Below are positions 36,360 through 47,990 of a stretch of DNA of 64,000 nt, one piece after another; the first letter of the stretch is position 1; every line of letters starts with the position of its first letter. The position numbers were made by a program, and so were the translations under genes. A model generated the notes under the pieces. It did no database searches and was not told the DNA's origin. It saw only the letters and a list, made by a program, of their open reading frames with translations. This DNA comes from Phyllobates terribilis (lineage: Eukaryota): positions 141,856,001 to 141,920,000 of the forward strand of contig NW_027362770.1 of assembly GCF_046119375.1 (NCBI RefSeq), in the 5' to 3' direction.

Positions 36360-37988
36360 GTACAGCGGAGCAGGTGCTGTAAATAGTTACCCGATCGGGG
36401 TATAAAGAAACTGTTACTGCAAATATAGTCCCCGTTGGGACCAGCTGAGTGAACTGTTCACCCGTTTACCCTTAATCCCACAGGCTGAGGACTGTGAGCA
36501 GCCATTCCCTTTCCCTCCTTAACTGGCCGAGGACTGAGAGCGGCCATATCCTTGTATATAGTTGCGCGTCCTAAAGCGCCCCCTACCGGTTTTATAGGAA
36601 AACCATTTTTCTAGAAAGACTGTCGCACTTTACCCGGTCACACGTTGCACAGTGACCGGAGGAGGAGCCAGAGGCGACGAGAAAGTTTTATATATATATA
36701 ATGTTTTATATGTTTTATATGTTTATGAAAAAAAAAAAAATTTGTATGTTTGGATGTTTTTGTCTTACAGCCCGAGGACGTGCTGTGATTTACCAGGGGG
36801 GAATGTAGCACCCTGAGGATTCGGCTGCTACAGGGGTATTGCACCTCAACCCAGAGGTGTGATATTCCACTCCCGGGTAAGGAAGGAGTGTGGAACTGAG
36901 CTCGGTAGGCTGCATGCACTACACACATCCCATTTCCGAGGAGCAGACCGACGGTACTCCCACTTAGAAATGTGCAGGTACGACCGAGTCTGTTCCTGGC
37001 TGGAGTGGGAGGGGGGGTGGTACATCCCAAGTAGTGTAGGGGCAGATAGGGGGAGCAGCCTGGGTAAAGATAGGAGCTCATTGGGTGCTGGTCACCTGAG
37101 CTCACACATAGAGGGTGTATATAAGGTGGGCACCAACTAAGAACAGGGTCAGTTGCAGAGAGAAAGTCAGCGAGCGGAGGAGAAGAGAGACCCAGAGTGA
37201 GAGAGGAGAGAGAGAGACCCAGAGGGGGGAAACAGAAGAAAAGGACTCCAAGAACCCAAATTAAATCCCCGGGTGAAGAGTCGGCACAGGGTACCGGAAC
37301 CCAAGCTGGTGGGGGGCAAAAACACACCCCAGCCAGAGACCGGAGACCGTGGGCAGCGTTTGCCACGGTCACCCACCACATCCACCACGAAGGCATACCA
37401 CGTGGAGGGTCAGGGAACCCGAGGCCAAGGGTCTCCCAACAGAAGGCCCGAGGGAGCTGGACCTGGGTGGATCAATAGTGGGGACGGCCAGAGAACGGAC
37501 AGAAGGAGAGCTCAGGGTCACGCTCCGGACTTATTTGGGGGTTGGCTGGATCCAGAACCTGGTGGACGCAGCACGGCTCGGGAGGTCACTCGAAGCTGGA
37601 GTGACCAGAACATCAGCAGTGAGTAAACATCCTAAACTGCATAACCCGACTCTGTCTCTGATTGCCGTCTACACTGCATCACCACAACTCCCATCCTCTG
37701 CACCTGATCCCCCTGAGGCTATACCCCTCCCGTTGGGGGTTATCCTATCAAGCTGCACCAACACCACCAGCCTCAGCGGACCCTGCTGCAGCGGCGGCCA
37801 CAGTGACCGCAACACAACGGGTGGCGTAGTCGACATTAAGAACTTAATAACATCTGTAGGACTGCCACATACAACTGAGTTTGACACCCTGGGCACGGAC
37901 CGGGTCACAGCCACTCGGAAGACTACAACCCCCATCTGATCCGGCTCCGGATATTCCCCCTAAAGAATATGGCCCAGGGGGCGCGTCA

Positions 37989-38295
37989 CAATTACTATAC
38001 AAAGCACACTATACTAAGACCAATAAAGCAATAGTACAATACAATAGTACAATAGTACAAGAAAAAATGTCACCACACGATGACCAGATATTACTACCAC
38101 ATAGTGTCTGAGTATAACCATCATCCTGCTACTGAGCAAAACTCATAATACCAAGACCAATATACTGATAATATCACAAAAAATAGATAAATAATACCGC
38201 AACACCATGACCATATATTACTATCACATAGAGTTTTACCACCAGCTTGTTACAGAACAAAACTCTCAATATCAAGACCAATATATCAATGATAC
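37989..38295. repeat. Degenerate ~120-bp-period host repeat (also 32952-33151 and 40764-40870) into which elements 1 and 2 inserted
   Basis: The motifs AATACCGCAACACCATGACCATATATTAC, CATAGAGTTTTACCACC and CAAAACTCTCAATA.CAAGAC recur in all three segments. Confidence 0.65.
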
Positions 38296-40763
38296 TGACG
38301 CGCCCCCTGGGCTGTGTGTGGGGGAATACCCGGAGCCAGGTCTCTGTGTAATGCTAGGGATTGTAGTCTCCGTGGCGGTGACCCGGTCCCGTGGCTCAGG
38401 GTGGTCAAACCAGTGGCGGATCTGTTTATTTGGTTTCTAATGTTTAAATGTCCGACTACGCCACCCGTGGATTGCGGTCACTGAGAACCGCCGCTGCGGG
38501 GCAGACCGCTGAGGCTGATGTTGTGTGCGCAGCAGAGGGTAGTATAACTCCCCACGGGAGTAGTATAGCCTCAGGGCAGTGAGTGCAGATGGTGGGGGTG
38601 ATGGTGCGCGGGAGCAACAGTAATGACTCAGAGTCCAGTGATGCAGTCCAGGGTCTTTACTCACAGTTTTACACTCCAAGCCACTTCTGCAGGTAATGGC
38701 TGCCCACGTTGTACTGTGCTCACCAGGTGAGGGGCTCGGCCAACTCCCAGGTACCTTTGGAATGCTTTTCAGGACCCCTTTCGTGTGTCCTTTCTCTGGC
38801 CCGTCGTACCCCACAATTGACCACGTTTCTGTCCAGCTGCCTCGGGCCTTGGCGGGCAAACGTATGTTCCGTTTCCCTGGGCCCTATATGGTGCCTTTCT
38901 AACGGGTGTAGTGAGGGGCCGTAACACGTGCAATGCCGCGGCCTCCGGTTACTAGCTGAGGGTAGTTGCTCTCCTCCACTAGATGAGGGATCCGGTTCCC
39001 TATTCTTGGTCTGACCCCCCTACTCTGGTAGCGGCGGGCGTGCGGTGGCGACTGGCCGGTCTGCACCCCTGGGGTCCCTTCACTCCACTCCTGGAGCCTC
39101 CTCCGTTCCTCTCCTCTCTGACTGAACTCAGCAGCTCTTCTCTTCTCTAGGTTCAGGCCTTGAGACTTGGCCTCCCTGCGGAGCAGAGCCCATACAGAGC
39201 CCCTGCTCCCAGTCGTCTTCTCTCTCTTTTCTCTCTCTTCTCCCCGACTCCAAGATGGTGCCCACCTTATATACTCCCCTTTCCAGTGCACCCTGGATCT
39301 ACTCTCCCCACCCACACACTACCGGGTTTCCCCTTTCTAGGTGTTTCCTCCCCCCACTCCAGCCAGGGACAGGGGCAGTTGTGCTCACTCTTGGGAGCAT
39401 TGTCGCCCTGCCCCCCGGAAATGTGGTGTAGTGCATGTGGGTGTTAGGGTCCTGAGCCATACTCCATCCTTACCTGGAAGTGAGATATCACACCTCTGGG
39501 TGAGATGCAATACCTCTGTAGCGACCGAACCCTCGGGGCGCTACATTCCCCCCTGGTAAATCACAGCACGTCCACGGGCTGGAACAGAGTAAAAGACAAT
39601 TGATTTCAAGACATGCAGAATTAAATATTTTTTTTTTTTTTTTTTAACGTTACTTGTCATAAAACTTTTCTCTTTTTATCAACATATGCAACATTCCTTT
39701 CATTTACGGTTACTCTTTCCTTGATATAACTTTCAATATACACATATAAAACATTCTTTTAAGTAGAAAATATGAAACATTATCAGCAACATTTCAACGG
39801 CGAAGTCTCTTTAACAGGCCACAGTGCTTGCCGCGACCAGGTGTCCATGTCACCCAACAAGGTGCAATTTTACTAAGTGCAAACTTTCAAACACCTTCAG
39901 GTATCTATTGAGGTAGGAGTTTACAAAGCCAATAGTGGGCACTTTAAGAAGTGCAACTATTTACAAGGGTTGGCTGCTCCCAGTCCTCAGCCGGATAGTT
40001 CACGGACCCTTTTCGGGTAACTTTAGCAAATAAACGGACAACAATCCCGAACCGGGTGAACTTTTTATAATCCCCAAACGGGCATAACTTGAAACTCTTT
40101 TTCTTCTACCCTGACAGGTAACTATATACAGTTCGTGCTGCTGCTCTCTAGAAGCGGTGTCCCCCTTGTGGATGTTCCTGCTCATCAAATTCTTCAGACC
40201 CGTCCGGGTCCTCAATGTAGCAGGATTCAGGGTAGCGCTGTTCTTCTACCCGCTGAACGTTGAGGGCGTACCACCCCCGCAGGCCTCGGTGTCGGGTGTA
40301 TGACACCTGATCCCCAGGGAACATATCCCGTTTCGGGTGACCCTCGGGCAGGCGACTCTCCACATCCCTCCGGTTGACAAAGATGTCTGTGTTCGTCGTC
40401 GGGTCCCGAATTAACCCCCACCCCTTCTCCTGGTGGAATCTGACCACAATCCCCGTGACTTTAGGACCGCGTGCAGCCTGGGGGTCTCGGCGGGCCGGGG
40501 TCTTTTCCTCCGCGCTCCGGGCCTGTAGCTGCTCCTGTTTTTGGCGCCGCGCCTGCCTCTCCTTTTCCAGCTGCGCCATCTCCCGGCGGCAGAATTCTTG
40601 CCTGCGGGCTGCCTTCGCCCGCGTCTCTTGCGAGAACCCCATCAGGTCCTCCCCGGTCTGATCCCACTCAATTTGGACCTCTTCATCCGGGAGCTGGAGG
40701 ATGGTGATTTGCTCTGGGTAAGATGCAATACCTCTGTAGCGACTGAACCCTCGGGGCGCTACA
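38296..40763 (-). mobile_element. 5'-deleted CSD LTR element of a second subfamily (element 2)
   Basis: Intact 1250-bp 3' LTR at 38296-39545 with PPT at 39546-39554. The internal region 39546-40711 is fused to only the first ~52 bp of the 5' LTR (40712-40763). Flanks are ATAC/TTAC. Confidence 0.9.
40148..40711 (-). pseudogene. C-terminal remnant of the element ORF with an intact cold-shock domain (~40247-40456)
   Basis: EWDQTGEDLMGF...VTGIVVRFHQEKGWGLIRD..DIFVNRRDVES..GDQVSY..GWYALNV aligns without gaps to element 1. Confidence 0.88.
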
Positions 40764-41306
40764 TTACCACAAACAATGGATAAATAATACCGCAACACCA
40801 TGACCATATATTACGACCAGATAGTGACCGAATTATACCATCATATTGAATATTAGTAAAAATCACAGCTATAACACTAATATTCCCCCCATACCGTATA
40901 GTGGAAGGTATCAGTATATACAATACTGATAACTCCGATACCCACTGGTTACATCTCCAATTGAAGTAATTAATTTCGGTTTTCTTCTGCACCAGCACAG
41001 ACTGCTTCCAGCCATGATTCATCTCGGCAAAATGTAACACACAGACATCTATGGGTGATCGCTTCTAGACCACCCCTTCCCCTATTTCCCCACTCCTACA
41101 GTAACAGTATCTCCAAAAATAAAATACAGTACACCATAGATGCTCACCTATGTGTCCCTATACAGTAGTAATGCTCATGCCCCCATTGTGCCCAAATACA
41201 GTAGAATTGCCCCCACAGTCGTGACACCCAAACAGTAGCATTGTCCACCTGTTATGCCTCCCATACTGAGTTCGATAATAGGCATTTTTGAAAAATAGGA
41301 TTTTAA

Positions 41307-41673
41307 AGGGAATGTATCAGAAGCTTTTGGCTATGTAATCTGAGAGCAGCATGATGTAGGGGCAGAGACCCTGATTTCAACGATGTATCACTTACTGGGC
41401 TGTTTCAATAAAATCCCTTTTTTATTAGCAGACTATCACTACAGGACTAGGTGTCTTGTGCCTCCTAGTCCAATCACGCCCCCAGCACTGATTGGCAGCT
41501 TTCTGCCAATCAGAGATGTGGGCGGGGTTATACACAGCTCAGCATTCCGAGCTTTGCTAGATCTGCAGCAGAGAAAACTGTGATTCTATCCCAACTGCTG
41601 CACCCAGTAATCTAAGTGATGCATCGCTGGAATCAGGGTCTCTGCCCCTATACCATGCCACTGTCAGATTCCT
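41307..41673. mobile_element. T2/Kolobok-type MITE
   Basis: TTAA|AGGGAAT...ATTCCT|TTAA termini. It is homologous to 18627-19057. Confidence 0.65.
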
Positions 41674-43473
41674 TTAAACCAGACAGTTTCTTAAAGCAAA
41701 TTGATATGTCTCAAACCCAAAGTCTTTTTACCAATTTCCAAATTCTTATTTGCCTTACGTTGCAATCCCTGGATGTTCTTCCAACCATTTTTTTCTTGTC
41801 TATATCCAGCATCTGTCATCTATATCCATTTAGAAATTAATATATTCAGTGTTCTCTATATAAAGCGTACGATTCATTTGCTGGATCCGTTATTCTAAAG
41901 CACAGGGAATATTATTTTATACAAAAGCCTGAGACCAATTTTTGCAGGCGTTGTGGGTATCATGAACCAGGACAAATTCAGCACAAAATGACACTTTTAT
42001 TGATTATCACAATCTCAGAATTATTTACAGGCTTTTTTAAAATTTAGTAGAACACCTCTGGCTGTTATAACCTGCTGCCAACGTAATGCATAGCCAGACA
42101 CCATCTCACATCATTTTCTCTAGGCTAGATTGTGTATATTGCGGCCACCACTTGGCTTTCTTGCCTCCAACTTGGTCAAAAAATTACAAAAATGTAAAAA
42201 TTTAACTTTGTCTAAATTTTAAGATTGAACCCATTGTTTTCTTATTATATGTGTAAATTCACATATGGCAAGTGTAGCACCCTGAGGACTCGGCTGCTAC
42301 AGGGGTATTACACCTCAAGCCAGAGGTGTGGTATTCCACTCCCGGGTAAGGATGGAGTGTGGAACTGAGCTAGTAGGCTGCATGCACTACACACATCCCA
42401 TTTCCGGGGGACAGATCAACGGTACTCCCACCAGTATATGTGCAGGTACGACAGCGTCTGTCCCTGGCTGGAGTGGGAGGGGGGTGGAACATCCCAGTAG
42501 TGTAGGGGCAGATAGGGGGAGTAGTCTGGGTAAAGATAGGAGCACATTGGGTGCTGGTCACCTGAGCTCACACATAGAGGGAGTATATAAGGTGGGCACC
42601 ATCTTAGAACAGGGTCAGTCAGTGAGAGTTTAACCTGAGGAGCAGAGCAGAGGAGTTCAGTCAGGAGGGCTGACAGGGAGCTGTGGCTCCGGCTGGGCCC
42701 AGCTCCAGAACAGAGCCTGCTGAGAGAGAGAGAGGAGTCAGAAGGACCCAGAGAGGAAACAAGAAGGAACCCCAAGATCCCAGAATAAGGACAGAAGGGT
42801 GAGGGGTTGGCGAACAAGGGTACCGGAACCCAAGCTGGCGGAGGCCAAAGCAAACCTTAGCCAGGAACCGGAGGTCGTGGGCAGGATCTGCCACGACCCT
42901 CACCAAATCCACCAGAAAGGCACACCAAGCATAGGGTCAGGGAGCCCAGAGGAGGCTTGACCAACAAGAGACCCGAGGGAGCCGGACATAAGTGGATCCC
43001 TGGTGGGAACGGCCAGTAGAAAGGGAAAGTCAGAAAGGAGCTCAGGACCACGCTCCAGAATTGCCTGGGGGTTGGCCGAGTCCAGGACCTGGTGAACGCA
43101 GCACGGCTCGGGTGGTCACTCAAGGCCAGAGTGACCAAAAGAACATCAGTAAGTAAAAACCCTGAACTGCACCTCCCGTCTCAGAGTCTCCTTTCTACAC
43201 CACAACAACCACCATCCTCCACGTCTGACCCCCTGAGGTTATACCCCTCCCGTTGGGGGTTATACTACCACAGCTGCACACACACCACCAGCCTCAGCGG
43301 ACCATCCTGCAGCGGCGGCCTTTTGACCGCAAATCAACGGGTGGCGTAGTCGACACTAAGAACATCTGCAAGGACTGCCGCACACTGAGTTTGACACCCT
43401 GGGCACGGACCGGGTCACAGCCACTCGGAGACTACAACCCCCATCTGATCCGGCTCCGGGTATCCCTAACAAC

Positions 43474-44985
43474 ATGGCCCAGGGGGCGCGTCAACTTTGG
43501 CGTAGTCGGCAGGATCACGTGCCCGCAACAACCGGGTACTGCGTGCCTGAAGAAAAGTTCACATTTACCTCAAAAAGAAGTCTCCCGCCAATTCCAGAGG
43601 GTCCCCGCCATCGGACGCCATCTCGGATCAGTTCCCGCCATTTGCCCGTCATCTGCAGTCTTTTCCCGCCATCCACAGAGTTTCCCGCCACTGGGAGAAG
43701 ATTCCCACCATTTCAGAAGATTTCCCGCCTTGGCAGAGCGGACGCCATTATGGGCGTGCCAGAGGATGGCAAGAGGCCACCTCCCATCGTGGGCCAGGAT
43801 CGGAAATGGCGCCAAAAGTGGAAACCGCCCCCACCAGCAGAGACTGTGATGATTGATATGTCCATCAGCGTGAAGGAACTGCCCCTGGAACTGGCAATCA
43901 CAAAGTTGCCCCAGGACCACCCCCAATGTGGGCGGAGACGGAACAAAAGAGCGAAGATGGGAGCAGCCTGGGGGAGTCTGGAGAGAGCGCACCCGGAGAT
44001 GAGGAGTCTGGAGAGGAGTCCAGAGAGAACGCACCCGGAGATGGAGGGAGAGTCAGGCAGCACCGACCCTGTGGTCAGGAGCCTGTTGCAAGCCGCCACT
44101 CCGGAGGGCCTGCTGGAGATCCTGGCACAGCTCCCCTGAGACCGGGAGCGTGCACAGACCGCGCTGGAGGGCCTCGCACGAAGGATGGCCCAGGTGCAGC
44201 AGGAAATGCTGGCGGAGTGGACCCGAGAGATGGCCCTGCAGGCTGGAGCCTGCCAGCGAAGCATGCCACCCGCAGCGAGGAGCAAGTCCACCTCTGAGGA
44301 CGGCGAAGGAGGGACGACGGCCGGAGACGACGCCTCGGAGGGAGCCGAAGAGATGAAGGCAGGTAATGGGGACGACAATATCCCGTGCCCAGAAGCCGTA
44401 AACCTGCCCCAGCTCCCCGTCGCAGAGCCCGAAGCCCCACTCACTGTTCCAGTAGCCGCTGCGTCATCGCTCCAAGCTAGGCCTCAAGCGGCCGGAGCCG
44501 CGGCCACGCCCCCTGTGACGTCACGCGCCTCGATCCAGAGCACGGCCAAGCAGGAGACGCCACCGGCCTGGTCGCAAGGCCGAGTGCCCCCGGGCGCCGC
44601 AGTACCAACAGCGCCCTCTACCTCCACTGAGCCACCGGCCTGGTCACTGGGCCAAGTAACCCCGGGCGCCGCCGTCTTCACGGTGCCCTTTACATTCAGG
44701 GTGCCCCAAGCCTGGTCGCAAGGCCTGGTGAACCCGGGCGCCGCCACCAAAACAGCGCCCTCAACGTCCACAGCGCCACACCTGGGTGAAGATCTATTTG
44801 CCCAGCACACATGCCCGGATGGGCAGCCCTTTGTGTGGCCGCCGGAGTTCCACCATCCCCGACTCCGGAAAGAAAGACCTCTGGATGAGCCCCTGATCCC
44901 GGCTCCGGCGCCCGTCAAGATGACCCCGCTCTCGTTAGAGGAGGCGCAGTTTGAGTGGGACCCCCCAGGAGGACGTCGCCACTGA
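43474..44985 (+). pseudogene. Homologue of the element-1 ORF with one CGA>TGA stop (44137-44139) and an in-frame loss of the coiled-coil and CSD segment
   Basis: ORFs 43474-44139 and 44185-44985 share a frame and align to element 1. The protein ends QFEWDPPGGRRH*, joining element-1 QFEWDP directly to GGRRC*. Confidence 0.85.
43498..43515 (+). promoter_or_regulatory. tRNA-Ser primer-binding site
   Basis: TGGCGTAGTCGGCAGGAT, identical to the PBS of element 1. Confidence 0.92.
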
Positions 44986-47099
44986 TGTACAGTAGGAGCA
45001 CTGTATATAGTTACCCGTCGGGGTATGAGAACTGTTATAAGTACTGCTGCTAGTTAAAATATAGTCCCCGTTGGGACCAGTGAACTGTTACAGTGTGTCC
45101 CATCTCCCCACAGGCTGAGGACTGTGAGCAGCCATCCCTTTTTCCCCACTGGCCCGAGGACTGAGAGCGGCCATACCTTCCCCTTGTATATAGTTGCGCT
45201 TCTTAAAGTGCCCCCTACCGGTTTTATAAGAAACTGTTGTTTTTACTACAAGAGACTGTTGCACTTTACCCGGTCACAAGTTGCACCGTGGCCGGAGGAA
45301 CAAGAATGTTTACTATGAAAAGTTTTATATGAAAAGTTTTATGCTGATGATATATATATAGTGTTTTATATGTTTATGATGTTTTTGAAAAAAAAAATTG
45401 TATGTTTGTGGATGTTTTTATTCTTTTACAGCCCGAGGACGTGCTGTGATTTGCCAGGGGGGAATGTAGCACCCTGAGGACTCGGCTGCTACAGGGGTAT
45501 TACACCTCAAGCCAGAGGTGTGGTATTCCACTCCCGGGTAAGGATGGAGTGTGGAACTGAGCTAGTAGGCTGCATGCACTACATACATCCCATTTCCGGG
45601 GGACAGATCAACGGTACTCCCACCAGTATATGTGCAGGTACGACAGCGTCTGTCCCTGGCTGGAGTGGGAGGGGGGTGGAACATCCCAGTAGTGTAGGGG
45701 CAGATAGGGGGAGTAGTCTGGGTAAAGATAGGAGCACATTGGGTGCTGGTCACCTGAGCTCACACATAGAGGGAGTATATAAGGTGGGCACCATCTTAGA
45801 ACAGGGTCAGTCAGTGAGAGTTTAACCTGAGGAGCAGAGCAGAGGAGTTCAGTCAGGAGGGCTGACAGGGAGCTGTGGCTCCGGCTGGGCCCAGCTCCAG
45901 AACAGAGCCTGCTGAGAGAGAGAGAGGAGTCAGAAGGACCCAGAGAGGAAACAAGAAGGAACCCCAAGATCCCAGAATAAGGACAGAAGGGTGAGGGGTT
46001 GGCGAACAAGGGTACCGGAACCCAAGCTGGCGGAGGCCAAAGCAAACCTTAGCCAGGAACCGGAGGTCGTGGGCAGGATCTGCCACGACCCTCACCAAAT
46101 CCACCAGAAAGGCACACCAAGCATAGGGTCAGGGAGCCCAGAGGAGGCTTGACCAACAAGAGACCCGAGGGAGCCGGACATAAGTGGATCCCTGGTGGGA
46201 ACGGCCAGTAGAAAGGGAAAGTCAGAAAGGAGCTCAGGACCACGCTCCAGAATTGCCTGGGGGTTGGCCGAGTCCAGGACCTGGTGAACGCAGCACGGCT
46301 CGGGTGGTCACTCAAGGCCAGAGTGACCAAAAGAACATCAGTAAGTAAAAACCCTGAACTGCACCTCCCGTCTCAGAGTCTCCTTTCTACACCACAACAA
46401 CCACCATCCTCCACGTCTGACCCCCTGAGGCTATACCCCTCCCGTTGGGGGTTATACTACCACAGCTGCACACACACCACCAGCCTCAGCGGACCATCCT
46501 GCAGCGGCGGCCTTTTGACCGCAAATCAACGGGTGGCGTAGTCGACACTAAGAACATCTGCAAGGACTGCCGCACACTGAGTTTGACACCCTGGGCACGG
46601 ACCGGGTCACAGCCACTCGGAGACTACAACCCCCATCTGATCCGGCTCCGGGTATCCCTAACAACATGGCCCAGGGGGCGCGTCACAAGCATTATCGAAA
46701 AGTGCCGCTGAAGATATGCCCCCGGCGTATACAACTAAATGCCTACGTAGTGTTTTATGTGATTTCTGGTTGGATCTCCATGTAATAAAATTGTATATGA
46801 TTACCAGAAAAAAAATGTACAAGAATTTGAGTACATTTTTTTTTTACAAAAAAAGAATGAAAAAAAAAACCAAAACATATATAAATGCTCAGTTTCAGGG
46901 TTGGTTGGAGGGAAAGAAAAAGGGGATATCTACATTCTATTTTGTTCATTCATTTTTCATATTTTTTTATTAATATAAAAAAAATGTTAATGAAAAAATA
47001 TCCAAAAAACTATTTGATATAATGATGAAAAAAAGCTGTAAGGGCACAAATTTTGAATTGCAAAGCATAAGATAATTTAATAATGAACTTGGAATTATC

Positions 47100-47990
47100 C
47101 AGGATATTATATATTATACTATGTTATTTTACATTATATTAAAAATGATAATATATTATTTTATACTATATTATTATTTCTATATATACTTTTGTGTGTA
47201 TTTATATCATATTTCATTTATACTTGTTTATATATACTTATTTATATTATATTTATATTATATTTATACTTTTTTAGATATACTTTATATTTATATTATA
47301 TTTATATTATATTTATACTTTTTTAGATATACTTTATTTATATTATACTTATACTTTTTATATTTACTTTATTTATATTTATATTTATACTTTTTTAGAT
47401 ATACTTTATATATACTTTATTTATATTTATATTACATTTATACTTTTTTATATATACTTTATTTATATTTACATTATATTTATACTTTTTCACATATATC
47501 TTATATTTACATTATATTTATACTTTTTTATATATATACTTTATATTTATATTTATACTTTTTTATATATACTTTATATTTATATTATATTTATACTTTT
47601 TTATATATGCTTTATTTATATTTATATTATATTTATATATATATTATATTTATACTTTTTTATATGTATACTTTATTTATATTTATATTACATTTATACT
47701 TTTTTATATATACTTTATTTATATTTACATTATATTTATACTTTTTCACATACATTTTATATTTACATTATATTTTTTAAGTATGCACTTTATATTTATA
47801 TTATATTTATACTTTTTTATATATACTTTATTTATATTATATTTATACTTTTTTATATATACTTTATTTATATTTATATTATAATTATACTTTTTTATAT
47901 ATACTTTATTTTATTTTTTTATATATTTATATTATACTTTTTTATGTATGCTTTACATATACTTTTAATATACTATATTATATTATACAT
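47100..47990. repeat. AT-rich low-complexity tract (TATATTTATATTATATTTATACTTTTT-like units)
   Basis: Direct inspection. The 219-aa Tyr/Ile/Leu ORF is compositional. Confidence 0.9.

Larger units (their letters stand above)
33152..37988 (+). mobile_element. Full-length non-autonomous LTR element carrying a cold-shock-domain ORF (element 1)
   Basis: 1185-bp LTRs at 33152-34336 and 36804-37988 (TG..CA; all LTR ORF translations identical, offset 3652). TSD CAAT, PBS 34341-34358, PPT 36795-36803. The 2.47-kb internal region has no RT/IN. Confidence 0.95.
42273..46685 (+). mobile_element. Full-length non-autonomous LTR element, CSD-less derivative (element 3)
   Basis: 1221-bp LTRs at 42273-43493 and 45465-46685 (at least 2 substitutions between them). 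TSD CAAG, PBS 43498-43515, PPT 45456-45464. Confidence 0.95.
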
